From assembly GCA_947053455.1 (NCBI GenBank), contig CAMRSV010000008.1, forward strand, positions 1 through 34,578: DNA of 34,578 nucleotides. The letters run 5' to 3'. Source of the DNA: an uncultured Alphaproteobacteria bacterium (lineage in GTDB: Bacteria > Pseudomonadota > Alphaproteobacteria > Rs-D84). The position numbers were made by a program, and so were the translations under genes. The notes under the pieces were generated by a model. It saw only the letters and a list, made by a program, of their open reading frames with translations. It was not told the origin of the DNA and made no database searches. Positions 1 through 11,168 of this stretch are shown one piece after another (the first letter of the stretch is position 1; every line of letters starts with the position of its first letter).

Positions 1-13
1 CGCCCCGAATCGA

Positions 14-1552
14 TTAAAACCAAATAAGACCACCGACGCTGATTTTATATGCGGTGCCTAATTCCGTGTTCATTACATCCGCACCAATATTTATTCCCGT
101 AAAGTCCCACGGGAACTTTATGCCGAATGTGGCGCCTGCCCCAAAATAATCGTCATCCATTGCGTATGCGCGCATGCCTATTTCGTATATTATGTCAAAC
201 ACATTGTATGCATGATACATATCAATACCAATTCGCGGTGCCATATTCGTATCGGTGTCATTCGCCACGGACGTATGGTCTGCACCCAATCCAATATATG
301 CAGAAATCTTGAACGCATCGGCGACCGTAATTGACACGCCCATGTCCGACGCACCATAAATGCCCATGCCGGACGGGTTTGTCACGGATGCCGTGCCGTC
401 AAATACTGGGCCGAGATCAAACCTACTTTGTGATACACCGAAAATACCACGAATAAAATAACCCCTGCTCTCGTACCGTGCGTGGATATTCGCGCCACAT
501 GAAACAAATTCGTAATCATTAATATCATCGGAATAGTCACCGACATTTATGTACCCGGCAACGCCCATATTCAACCCGTCGGAAATATCAGTATTTATGC
601 CCGCGCTTATCCCATATGCACCAAACCCGTCACCAATCAGGGCAAATGGACTAAACGACACACCGCCATTTGTGGGTGATATTGTCTCCAACCTATCCAC
701 CAAACGCGGAACGGTCATTAACTTGACCGGATTTAGGCGTACAGATTTACTCATTATATCCCGAAGTGCAGACTTGTTCGGTGCACTATCCAACGCACGC
801 AATAACCTGTCATCCGCATTCGATGAACGCAGATTATTCAAAAACCTGCCCGTCTCATTGCGCAATATTTTCAGGTAATCCGTTTCCCGTTCCCATCTTA
901 CATACAACTTGTCTTCAAACACATATGTCTTAAATCCCATCAGGTCTTCTGATATATCAGACACTATGTGTAACGCCCCACTTCCACTTACGTTTTCAAA
1001 CAATGGCTCCGACGACACTTCGAAATTATCATCCACATACACCAGAACATCACCACGCAAATCCAGATTACTTATGAATGACAAATCTGACGTATCAAGA
1101 ATTATGGACGAATTACTAAATACCAAATCACCCTTGCCAAGATTTGCAATGTCGGTCATGGATACTTTGTTCGCATTATGTATCATCAGACCATCTATAC
1201 GGTCTGTAAGTAGATTGCCGAATTCTTCGGGGCGTGAAATTACCTGAACCAACTTGGCACCATCATCAAAATTAAACGAGCCAGAAAATCTGCCATTGTT
1301 TTGGAAATAAAGTACACAACCCGAACAAATATTAACCGGTGCATTGATAACACCGGAATTATTCAACATAAGGGAAGAATTAATTCGTATTGTTGCGTTG
1401 ATAATTCTGGTATTAAGCCCAACGACAGAATGCTCATAGAGATCAACCGAACCACCAATAATACTTTGGTTGATAACTTTAACAGCATGAGCATAACTAG
1501 GTGCAAAAAGGACACCTACGCAAAGCAGCGAAGTAGTCAGCCTATTTCTCAT
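14..1552 (-). CDS. Autotransporter-like outer membrane protein (short passenger plus C-terminal beta-barrel)
   Basis: N-terminal signal peptide (MRNRLTTSLLCVGVLFAPSYAHA), Asn/Ile/Gly-rich beta-helix-like region, then amphipathic strands ending in aromatic ...YKISVGGLIWF. Start at ATG 1552 or 1561; both are preceded by G-runs. Confidence 0.65.
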   Translation of the reverse strand: MRNRLTTSLLCVGVLFAPSYAHAVKVINQSIIGGSVDLYEHSVVGLNTRIINATIRINSSLMLNNSGVINAPVNICSGCVLYFQNNGRFSGSFNFDDGAKLVQVISRPEEFGNLLTDRIDGLMIHNANKVSMTDIANLGKGDLVFSNSSIILDTSDLSFISNLDLRGDVLVYVDDNFEVSSEPLFENVSGSGALHIVSDISEDLMGFKTYVFEDKLYVRWERETDYLKILRNETGRFLNNLRSSNADDRLLRALDSAPNKSALRDIMSKSVRLNPVKLMTVPRLVDRLETISPTNGGVSFSPFALIGDGFGAYGISAGINTDISDGLNMGVAGYINVGDYSDDINDYEFVSCGANIHARYESRGYFIRGIFGVSQSRFDLGPVFDGTASVTNPSGMGIYGASDMGVSITVADAFKISAYIGLGADHTSVANDTDTNMAPRIGIDMYHAYNVFDIIYEIGMRAYAMDDDYFGAGATFGIKFPWDFTGINIGADVMNTELGTAYKISVGGLIWF

Positions 1553-1628
1553 TCCCCCCATCCCCCAAAAACGGGTACGAGTAAAATAGCAAACGAGAAA
1601 TAATTCTTAAAGAACTTTTTTATTAAAA

Positions 1629-1653
1629 TTTCACCCCCTAAAAAGGAGGTGAA
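1629..1653 (-). terminator. Hairpin/terminator after the large autotransporter
   Basis: Minus strand reads TTCACCTCCT-TTTT-AGGGGGTGAA followed by ATTTT, just past the stop at 1662. Confidence 0.55.
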
Positions 1654-1661
1654 GGATGTGG

Positions 1662-4600
1662 TTAAAATCTATACGATGCAGAAACCTTTATATTATGCAT
1701 CTGAATATCTGCATTATACTGATACCGGTAATCCAGACCAACCTGGAACCCGCTTACCGACAGCATTTCCACGCCGCCGCCCGCATAAGCCCACAGCGAA
1801 TCAATCTTTACATCATAATCGGTAAAATCGCGTGCCAATGCGAATTTATACTTCACCTTGTCCGGGGTTCCCAGAACATCGTATTCAACACCAGCCGATG
1901 CATATGGACGAATCTGGAACCAGGCGGACGGATAGATACGTTTTTGGAATGTCAATGAATAACCCGGCGTCAATATCATATATCCATCGGATTCCAATTT
2001 CATGTATTCGTCACCGGCGACCTTTTCCGTGACGGAAAATCCAGTGTTGTAACCGATTCGCGCGTATGCATTACCAACAATATACTGATTCAACCAATCA
2101 TGCATTAAGCCCCATTCGGAAACCAAGCTGAACGCGGTGCCGTCCCCTTCGATTTTTCCGTCAATATATGTCTGTTCGCGCGAAACATCCAACAAATGTA
2201 CGTCTAAAAACGCGTTTGCATAAAGACGCATCTTGTCCCCCAGCGTTTTCAGCAAATACCCACCGATACCAATGTTTATATCGCTTACATCAACATCGAC
2301 ATTACCAGCAATGAATTCACCCGCACGATAACCAACATTAAACGAATCGTCATTTTTGCCGGACATATATGATGCGCGCGCCGAAAGCCCCAAAATCAGC
2401 GTCTGGGATGATTGCCAATCAAATCCGCCAAATACGCTAAATCGATTGCCGTCAACCGTTTTATCATCAGACACATTTTGCGAGAATATGCCGAAATCAA
2501 AATCCAGCCACGCCTTTTTCAAGTTGCGGTTGCGGTTCCATATAAATTCATCCAGCATACGGTCTTCGAAATCACGGAATGATGTGTGTTCATTCAATGC
2601 AACACTGCCCGCAATCTGGTCTAATTCATGAACCTGGAACAGACGGCTAAAACGCGTCAAGCCCATCCCGTCACGGTTTAGATTGTATGCTTCCATGCGC
2701 TTGTACAACTCGTTACCCATTGTTGCCAAATTGGTGTCACGGAATATCAACGGAATCGCCTCAATCGGGGTAGTGTTATAAAAACCTTTGTTATACAACT
2801 GGCCTTGAATCAAATTGTCCAATGCGCCGGCTGATACATACTCGCCCTTGGTATGATTTTCTTCACGACCAACAATTGGTTGAATCTTGAAAACTTCCAC
2901 CGGGCCGCCGAAACGCGGGTCAAATACGATGTACAAACTGTCTTCGACGCCATCGTCATCCGAATCGCGCACCGAAATATAAATAGGTAATTTTTCATCA
3001 GATGAATTTTCGTAACCCATCGCGCCCGCACTTAACGAATCGAGATAATTAAAGCACAAACTTGCATCCGCATTACAGAAATTGACATTCAGGTTGCGGA
3101 TTTCTGTCCCCAGTTCTTCCAATCCATTTTCTGCATGCAATAACCATATCGCAGTACCCTGATCAACAATGCTAAACAAATCTATGCCAACATGTCCATT
3201 TTGCAGCGGCATTCCATTTCCTTCCGGCAATGGGTCAATATTTGAAATGAATTTGTTTTTAATTTCAATCAACGCTTCGCCGTTCACGCCATTTGTAATT
3301 TTACCTAATGTGCTGTCATCATTCAGGCTAACCGTTGCCCAGTAATTATACGGGCTTTCGTTGTTTTGCGTTGTACCATTCTTGTACGGCAAAATCGCGG
3401 CGTGCAACATACTGTTGTTATTGAAATAGTAGTTTCCGCCAATATTCATATGCTTTAATCCGACAAATTCGGTATTATTTGAAACATTTCCCTTAATATC
3501 GGCAATCAACCAATTATCTGCAGACTGTGCACCTATGCGCAAATTTGTAACATCTATATTGCCCGCAACATCCAATCTTCCGGTGTTTATTTGCAAACGG
3601 CCATCACCCTGTAAAATGTTGTTAACAGTGGTCGAGGCCGACGTAATTTTATAATTATCAGAAATCACGTCAATATCCGCACTGCCGGCAACCGTATTGG
3701 AAAGCTGACGCAGGTTGCCGCCAACAATGGCGCCGGCGCTAATCAATTCACCGCCATTTAGCACTGCGTTTCCGGCATTAACCGAGAAACTGTCTACATT
3801 AGCCACAGGTGAATTTAACGTAATTGTGCCACTATTGTTTATAACATCACCCAAAGCCACCGATTCGGTCGCATTAAGCGTCAATTTACCGGCATTTATA
3901 ACATCACCTGCCGCGGGTGTGGCCTCGGTTGAAATGTTTTTGGCGTTCATGGTGACATCGGCCCCAGTGCCAGATACCAAGATGCCACCCATAATCCCAA
4001 TATCTTCACCAATATCATATGTTGCGGTATTGGAATTTGCCAAAAATTCCCCGGTAACGTTCAAATTCGTTGCGGCAACCGTCGTATTATTCTGTGTCAG
4101 GTTCAATGCACCCGTTGTCGCCCCACCCTGAACCATGTTGCCAGCAACATTTATATTGTTATTTGCCAAGAACTGACCGTTTGTAGATACAGTTACATTC
4201 GCCGTATTCAGGTTTAACGCACCGCCATTTGTCACATTTATAGAATATGAATCCAATGCCGATGCCGTAACGACCGAAGTCCCACCACTTACTTCAAATG
4301 CACCGGTCTTGACATTATTTCCAACCGCATTTAGCGCCATAGAGCCCGATGAAGAAACTGCATCCACGAATACAATATCACCGCCGGTGGCCGTTATTAT
4401 CGCACTTGCCGTTGAACCATTATTATTTAGGGAATATGCATCAACGCTTTGTGCGTTTACATTCAACGTTCCGGTATTATTTATCTGACTGGCAAATTTT
4501 GCGACAGTGGCCGCATTTGCAACCATTACGCCATTTGAATAAACAATTCCCGTAATGTCTATTTCATCTGCAGACGTTAATGTCAAAGACTTTCCCGTAC

Positions 4601-6929
4601 CCGCCAGAACGTAGCCATTTACAACTATGTCCGCACCATCTGCCGTTGTTGCAAGCGTCAATGTGGAAGTATCTTTGACCACCATGCCGGACGTTGGTTC
4701 CGGAATCGGGTTTGTCGCGGGGGACGCCGCACCAAACCATATTCCCGCGCCCGATGCATCAATATTAATGCCATTTTCACCATCAGCCGTGATATTCGCG
4801 CCGTGCGCCCGTAATAATCCATTAACATTTAGCGACGATACCGTTGTCCCGTTTACATACAAATCAACCGTACCACCCTGATTTACATTTATATCACCGG
4901 TTACACGTAACGCGGATGCGTACGAATCGCTGGCGCCGAATATCAGCCGGCCATTTTTGTTTGCGGTAACATCACTGATTTTTGTGACAATTGTGTTATC
5001 CGTTGCATCCAATTCGCCCACAATTATATTTGATGCAACAAATTGCGCACCACGCGAATTACCATCGTCAATGGTAGAGATGCCGTCCGCAACGCTTATT
5101 ACGCCATCGGTGGATTTCATCACGAAATTTGTCACACCGCTGGCTGCAATATTGACATCACCCGCAGACGCAGCCGTACCCGCGGCACCACCGACGGTTA
5201 CTGCGCCACCAATATTTATAGATTCGGTCGCCGTAAATGAACGCGTCTTATCGCTAAAATTCAAGGCACCATTTGATATATTCACCCCATTTGTAACATC
5301 AACACCAACCAGCGCATCCATATTCAACACACCACCGTTGGTCACAATTGAGCCAATTTTAATTCCGTTTGCATTGCTGTCCGATGCGACGATATTAGTT
5401 GTTCCCGAGTTGCTGGTTAGAACGCCGTCAATTTCAACCTGACGTGAATTTATCGTAACAACCCCCGTATTATCGCCACCCGCGTTGGTTACATTGCCGG
5501 TAATATGTATGTCGCCAGCAGTATCCGTCGTTGCCAAGATTTGCAAAGATTGCCCCGTATTTGATACATCTCCCAATATGTTGACGGTTTTACCAGTCAA
5601 TTCCATAACACCGGCATTGCCGACACCTGCCGCCTGCAGATTACCAGTTGCGTTTATGGTCGTATTCGCACCGGCCGCCGCCTCTATATCCTGTGAAACT
5701 ATAATGTCACCAGAATTTATTGTACTGATATTCAGGTTACTGTTATTTGTAATTTTTGTAATATTGACTTGTGTCGCACTTAACAACATTTCCGCATCGT
5801 TTTCGATGTTGTTAAATGTCATACCGCCATTTGTAACCTTTATGTTAACGCTTCCGGCCTGGTGCAGCAAATCCGTCATATTATTTATAGTCAACGTTCC
5901 TGTTTCTAACGAGAATACATTTGCCGCGCCCATTGAAGACAGATCTATTCCATTGGCAAGATACGTTTCCCCACTAATAGTCAGATACATATCCCCTTTG
6001 TTAACCAACGACGCATCCGCACCCGTACCACCATTAATCCGCAGAGAATCAACCATTACATTCATTGTGCCAAATGTCGACCCATCCGCAGCGGAATCAT
6101 TTTTAAGCGTACCGCCAATAACAACGTCAACAACATTGCCCGCAGTATTACGTTGTATAATCATAGACCCGGAATTTTCCAAATCCGCGCCAATATTCAA
6201 CGCACCCGCCATATATAATTCTAGCGTTCCACCAGTATTCATATTTTCAATGGAGCCGCCTGACACAGTTCCATCATCCCCTGTGGTGGTCACAACATTC
6301 ATGGAACCGGCATTTACAACAGTATATCCACCGTTATTCTTTAGCTGCGCGGTCTTGAAATTGCCTGTTGCCTGAATTTGATGCGGCGACAGTTTGGTTC
6401 CCCCACCGTTTATTGTTATGGCGCCCGCATCAATTGTATTTGCCGAAATATTCACACCACCAGATGCAATGTCGACCGCACCTGTCGCGGCATCGGCCGT
6501 GCCCGCAATTAACGGCCCACCAATTTTTAGCGTATTAATATTTTGCAGCGTCAAGCCACCAATTGCATTGACCGCCGCATTCGCATCAACCCCCAATGTC
6601 ACATTAGCCGGGTTCTGCGCCAGACCACCAATTGAAAGATTCCAATCCTGCGCAATATTTAATATGGAATTTACGGTAATCGCACCGCCATCAGTGCTGA
6701 CTATATCAAAACGCTTGTTAGCATTTGCATTGTCGCCGACATAAAAATTATCCGCCAGCGCACCTGTGACAGGATCTGTCACACCAACATATACATTATT
6801 TACCGTCAAACCATCCGCGTTGACTACATGACTGCTGCCTGGATGCGTGGAATCATATACAATCGCATCGGCCGCATTCGCGCCAATTGGAAACAAACAA
6901 CATATAAAAGAAATTATTTTTTTCATCAT
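1662..6929 (-). CDS. Large autotransporter/adhesin-like surface protein (1755 aa)
   Basis: Signal peptide MMKKIISFICCLFPIGANA; ~1200 aa Gly/Asn/Thr/Ala/Val/Ile-rich beta-helical passenger; ~300-aa C-terminal barrel ending ...HNIKVSASYRF. Confidence 0.8.
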   Translation of the reverse strand: MMKKIISFICCLFPIGANAADAIVYDSTHPGSSHVVNADGLTVNNVYVGVTDPVTGALADNFYVGDNANANKRFDIVSTDGGAITVNSILNIAQDWNLSIGGLAQNPANVTLGVDANAAVNAIGGLTLQNINTLKIGGPLIAGTADAATGAVDIASGGVNISANTIDAGAITINGGGTKLSPHQIQATGNFKTAQLKNNGGYTVVNAGSMNVVTTTGDDGTVSGGSIENMNTGGTLELYMAGALNIGADLENSGSMIIQRNTAGNVVDVVIGGTLKNDSAADGSTFGTMNVMVDSLRINGGTGADASLVNKGDMYLTISGETYLANGIDLSSMGAANVFSLETGTLTINNMTDLLHQAGSVNIKVTNGGMTFNNIENDAEMLLSATQVNITKITNNSNLNISTINSGDIIVSQDIEAAAGANTTINATGNLQAAGVGNAGVMELTGKTVNILGDVSNTGQSLQILATTDTAGDIHITGNVTNAGGDNTGVVTINSRQVEIDGVLTSNSGTTNIVASDSNANGIKIGSIVTNGGVLNMDALVGVDVTNGVNISNGALNFSDKTRSFTATESINIGGAVTVGGAAGTAASAGDVNIAASGVTNFVMKSTDGVISVADGISTIDDGNSRGAQFVASNIIVGELDATDNTIVTKISDVTANKNGRLIFGASDSYASALRVTGDINVNQGGTVDLYVNGTTVSSLNVNGLLRAHGANITADGENGINIDASGAGIWFGAASPATNPIPEPTSGMVVKDTSTLTLATTADGADIVVNGYVLAGTGKSLTLTSADEIDITGIVYSNGVMVANAATVAKFASQINNTGTLNVNAQSVDAYSLNNNGSTASAIITATGGDIVFVDAVSSSGSMALNAVGNNVKTGAFEVSGGTSVVTASALDSYSINVTNGGALNLNTANVTVSTNGQFLANNNINVAGNMVQGGATTGALNLTQNNTTVAATNLNVTGEFLANSNTATYDIGEDIGIMGGILVSGTGADVTMNAKNISTEATPAAGDVINAGKLTLNATESVALGDVINNSGTITLNSPVANVDSFSVNAGNAVLNGGELISAGAIVGGNLRQLSNTVAGSADIDVISDNYKITSASTTVNNILQGDGRLQINTGRLDVAGNIDVTNLRIGAQSADNWLIADIKGNVSNNTEFVGLKHMNIGGNYYFNNNSMLHAAILPYKNGTTQNNESPYNYWATVSLNDDSTLGKITNGVNGEALIEIKNKFISNIDPLPEGNGMPLQNGHVGIDLFSIVDQGTAIWLLHAENGLEELGTEIRNLNVNFCNADASLCFNYLDSLSAGAMGYENSSDEKLPIYISVRDSDDDGVEDSLYIVFDPRFGGPVEVFKIQPIVGREENHTKGEYVSAGALDNLIQGQLYNKGFYNTTPIEAIPLIFRDTNLATMGNELYKRMEAYNLNRDGMGLTRFSRLFQVHELDQIAGSVALNEHTSFRDFEDRMLDEFIWNRNRNLKKAWLDFDFGIFSQNVSDDKTVDGNRFSVFGGFDWQSSQTLILGLSARASYMSGKNDDSFNVGYRAGEFIAGNVDVDVSDINIGIGGYLLKTLGDKMRLYANAFLDVHLLDVSREQTYIDGKIEGDGTAFSLVSEWGLMHDWLNQYIVGNAYARIGYNTGFSVTEKVAGDEYMKLESDGYMILTPGYSLTFQKRIYPSAWFQIRPYASAGVEYDVLGTPDKVKYKFALARDFTDYDVKIDSLWAYAGGGVEMLSVSGFQVGLDYRYQYNADIQMHNIKVSASYRF

Positions 6930-7027
6930 ATTTTTGTTTTACTCTGATTTATATTTATATTATATTATTGCGCAATTAGTTGTCTAGGACAAGATGAAAT
7001 TTTATTCTTGGGACAATTTTAAGATAA

Positions 7028-8305
<1,278 letters not shown>

Positions 8306-8320
8306 TCCATAAAGAACGTA

Positions 8321-8347
8321 CCGGGGCGGCGGAAAACGCCCCCCCGG
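8321..8347 (+). terminator. GC-rich hairpin after eno
   Basis: CCGGGGCGGCG-GAAAA-CGCCCCCCCGG imperfect stem; no U-tract on +, so it may be a stabilising or partial terminator. Confidence 0.5.
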
Positions 8348-8359
8348 AAAATAAATAAA

Positions 8360-8569
8360 ATGATGCAGTTTTTGTTTTATTTTATGTTAATGCTGAAATG
8401 GGTGGTTGCGATATGCATATTCACCCTGATAATATCGGCTCCGACACTGATTGCAATAAAAACTGGCAAAGACAAAACAATTTCATGCACAGTTCGTGTC
8501 GCATCCCTAACACTTTGGTGGACGGGAATTGGATGGTTGTATGCACTTTTCCTGGCGGCAAAAAAATAA
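8360..8569 (+). CDS. Superinfection immunity protein-like small membrane protein (T4 Imm family)
   Basis: 69 aa, hydrophobic; P.LIA...K...(W)WTGIGWLYAL matches the family pattern P.IIA...GWT.IGW..AL as recalled. Confidence 0.65.
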   Translation: MMQFLFYFMLMLKWVVAICIFTLIISAPTLIAIKTGKDKTISCTVRVASLTLWWTGIGWLYALFLAAKK

Positions 8570-8590
8570 ATCCCCGAATTCGGGGATTTT
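8568..8590. terminator. Bidirectional intrinsic terminator
   Basis: Perfect palindrome AAATCCCCGAATTCGGGGATTT between converging genes. Confidence 0.8.
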
Positions 8591-8591
8591 C

Positions 8592-9155
8592 CTATTTTCC
8601 ATGTATTGAAAACGTATCAAAAAACACATTGCGCCATTGACTACTACGTATAAAATTATGGGCAACAACCATCGCGGTTCCACGGGCGGCAATATCTTTG
8701 CGTCCAAAATTTCCAACACCCAACCAAAAATAATCAACAGGTTTCAAGCGTCCATTTTTCAAATCACGCATTACAAGTGTTGCAACCACTGCGGTGCCAT
8801 TGGGCGAAAAATCCGGCAACACATGAACACGCATATCACCACGATAGTGCGCCGCATCGACTGCCATAAAAACGATTGCCGCGGGTTTTGTTTTTGAATT
8901 TGGAGAATAATATTGCCACATTTTCGCCATATCCATCAAATATTCCGTATCATCCATCTGATTATGTATTTGATAGCCCAGATAACTATCCCGATTCCAT
9001 GTCATCAAATCAAAATCATAGAACAATAATCCTTTATAATCCTTTTTGAACATTTTTTGCATTTTGTCATCAGACAATTGTTCCGGACAGATTTTATTAT
9101 TCAATGATTTAGAGAAAAAGTTTTTTATTTTGGCAAGAATTTGTAATTGCGGCAT
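8592..9155 (-). CDS. Hypothetical protein (187 aa)
   Basis: Intact ORF with AAGGA RBS and upstream TTGACG-16-TAGTAT (TG-extended) promoter-like signal at 9183-9210; no family recognised. Confidence 0.7.
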   Translation of the reverse strand: MPQLQILAKIKNFFSKSLNNKICPEQLSDDKMQKMFKKDYKGLLFYDFDLMTWNRDSYLGYQIHNQMDDTEYLMDMAKMWQYYSPNSKTKPAAIVFMAVDAAHYRGDMRVHVLPDFSPNGTAVVATLVMRDLKNGRLKPVDYFWLGVGNFGRKDIAARGTAMVVAHNFIRSSQWRNVFFDTFSIHGK

Positions 9156-9227
9156 AGCATTTCCTTTTTATGTCCGCAAACAATACTAGCACATATTTTT
9201 AATACGTCAATGAAATTAATCCTAAAT

Positions 9228-9266
9228 AAAAAGACAAACGGCAGGGATAACCGAATACCCCTGCCG
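9228..9266 (-). terminator. Intrinsic terminator
   Basis: CGGCAGGG...CCCTGCCG stem followed on minus by TTTGTCTTTTT. Confidence 0.7.
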
Positions 9267-9289
9267 AATAATAACAACCAGAAAGGTGC

Positions 9290-9451
9290 TTACATCGACT
9301 TTTCGTCGTTTCCGTACACAACGCCACGACGCTGCAATTCCGCCTTTAGGTTAACCGCAACCAATCCCTGGCCACGACGCCAACCGGCAACTTTTGATTT
9401 TTGTTCTATTGCAGCACCCGCCGCATTGAACTTCTTTACATTATCAGTCAT
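9290..9451 (-). CDS. Small hypothetical protein (53 aa, MTDNVKKF...)
   Basis: AAGAGG RBS before ATG 9451, own consensus promoter upstream and own terminator downstream. Confidence 0.6.
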   Translation of the reverse strand: MTDNVKKFNAAGAAIEQKSKVAGWRRGQGLVAVNLKAELQRRGVVYGNDEKSM

Positions 9452-9491
9452 TTTCAATGCCTCTTTTAAAAACATCTCTCTGACGCAGGAA

Positions 9492-9520
9492 AATATACAC
9501 CAACAAACTATTTTTGTCAA
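9492..9520 (-). promoter_or_regulatory. sigma70-type promoter
   Basis: TTGACA-17 nt-TATATT on the minus strand. Confidence 0.7.
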
Positions 9521-9545
9521 GCATTAAATACCCTGCCCCATTATC

Positions 9546-11045
9546 TTATTTATCGCAACCATACATTCCGCATTCTGTCGGCGAATATTCTTCGACCGAA
9601 ACCGACACAGGCTGTGGCGTTGCCGGTTTAGTATAATGAACTTCCTTAACTACACGAACACGGCGATTTTCTGCATTTGCCACACCATCTGATGTTGGAA
9701 CTTTCAAACCCTCTTCACCTGCAGATACCGCAACAATTTGGCTGGCTGGGATGCCGTATTTAACCAACATATTTTGTACAGCTTCTGCGCGGCGGCCACC
9801 CAATGCATAGTTATAATCCTTGCTGCCCATGGTATCGGTGTGTCCAACAACGGAAACCTTGATATTCTTATTATCCTGCGTTGCGGATGCCAATTTTTTA
9901 ATCAGCGCCTGATATTCCGGCTTTATTGTGGCCTTGTTGAAATCAAAGCGAATTTCAAAAATTTCCTCCATAACATGTTGGGTCGGTTCCAACGGAATTT
10001 GTTGAACTTTTATCATTGTTTTTTCGCTGCCGGCGGCCTGAATTTGATCAAGCCGGGCATTAATTGCAGCCAATTCCGCACGCATCGCCATCATCATATT
10101 GATAAATTCTTCGCGCGAAACCAATTCATTGCCAACCATTGGTATTTCATTGGCAACGGGCGTCGGTTCAACAAAATTGTCAACATCGGTATAAGACGGT
10201 GCTTGCACATCCGGTGTCATGCTGTTTTCAACCGAAACCGGCTGCTTATCAGCACTATAAATATTCTGATTGAACACCATCGGCTGAACCGGAACCGGGT
10301 TAATCAGATGTTCTGGGACATTTACATTATTAACAATAATCACGCCATCGCGCGGCGCAACTGTACGCATAACGGCCATATCGCGTGTTTCCGGATAATA
10401 TTCCGGTGCGGCGGCACTGTTTGTTTTTGCAACTGGTTGCGTTTTTTCAGACTTATTAGTATTGGAAACAACCTTTCCACCCTTGCAGTCACGCAATGCA
10501 ATCAAAGCCTTTTCAAAGCGGTCACGACATTGTGCGGCGGTGGCCGTCTGGCCGCTGGCCGATGCCGACAACCAGCAATCAAATTTTGCCTGCGCCTCGG
10601 CGGCAAGTTCCGGATTCAATTCACTTGCATCATTTTTCAACTGCTCTAACAATTCGTTATACGCATTGTTTAACTCGAATGCCTCCTGCTCGCTTTCAAC
10701 CGGCCAATTTGATAACGTTTCCGGGAACGGCAGTTCCCCACTAAATGCAGCGACAGCCTTTTGCGCAAACAATTCGCCCATTTCAGAATATCCGCTGGTA
10801 CGGGCGTTATAAATCGCATAAGAGCGATAATTCATCGCCAACTGGTTCAAAAAGGAATCCTGGTGCGGGGCAGAATAAACATCCAATTGTTCGACATAGT
10901 CAACCGTCGGCGTTGATACAGGCCCATACGCGCCCACATTTTCCGCATTGTTGTCGAATTTCGCACACCCCACCAAAGTCACCACAGCGGCACCAATAAT
11001 CATGCGCGACAACACCCACTTTGATACGACAGATTTATTTTTCAT
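9546..11045 (-). CDS. OmpA-family peptidoglycan-associated lipoprotein
   Basis: Lipobox LVGC; C-terminal OmpA domain (FDFNKA, VVGHTDTMGS..YN.AL..RRA.AV, NRRV). Start set at ATG 11045 with GAAAGGA RBS. Confidence 0.88.
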   Translation of the reverse strand: MKNKSVVSKWVLSRMIIGAAVVTLVGCAKFDNNAENVGAYGPVSTPTVDYVEQLDVYSAPHQDSFLNQLAMNYRSYAIYNARTSGYSEMGELFAQKAVAAFSGELPFPETLSNWPVESEQEAFELNNAYNELLEQLKNDASELNPELAAEAQAKFDCWLSASASGQTATAAQCRDRFEKALIALRDCKGGKVVSNTNKSEKTQPVAKTNSAAAPEYYPETRDMAVMRTVAPRDGVIIVNNVNVPEHLINPVPVQPMVFNQNIYSADKQPVSVENSMTPDVQAPSYTDVDNFVEPTPVANEIPMVGNELVSREEFINMMMAMRAELAAINARLDQIQAAGSEKTMIKVQQIPLEPTQHVMEEIFEIRFDFNKATIKPEYQALIKKLASATQDNKNIKVSVVGHTDTMGSKDYNYALGGRRAEAVQNMLVKYGIPASQIVAVSAGEEGLKVPTSDGVANAENRRVRVVKEVHYTKPATPQPVSVSVEEYSPTECGMYGCDK

Positions 11046-11140
11046 AAATAATTCCTTTCTGTAATCTTTGCTATTATACGATTTTTGGACAATTGAGTAA
11101 AGCGAAAAAGCAAACACATACAAATGATAATTTTTAATTA

Positions 11141-11168
11141 AAAAACGGCGCCGTTCGGCGCCAAATTT
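11141..11168 (-). terminator. Intrinsic terminator
   Basis: GGCGCC-GAAC-GGCGCC stem followed by GTTTTTT on minus. Confidence 0.6.

Noticed and set aside
1549-1625. Hydrophobic upstream frame and G5/G6 tracts as a phase-variable N-terminus of the 515-aa gene
   Set aside because: The frame has no in-frame start, the tracts are short and serve as RBS, and the gene already has a good signal peptide.
3715-6744. Long plus-strand ORFs opposite the large autotransporter (and similar shadow ORFs such as 9738-10649, 15534-16118, 25436-26062)
   Set aside because: Antisense shadows of well-supported genes; no RBS or family motifs.
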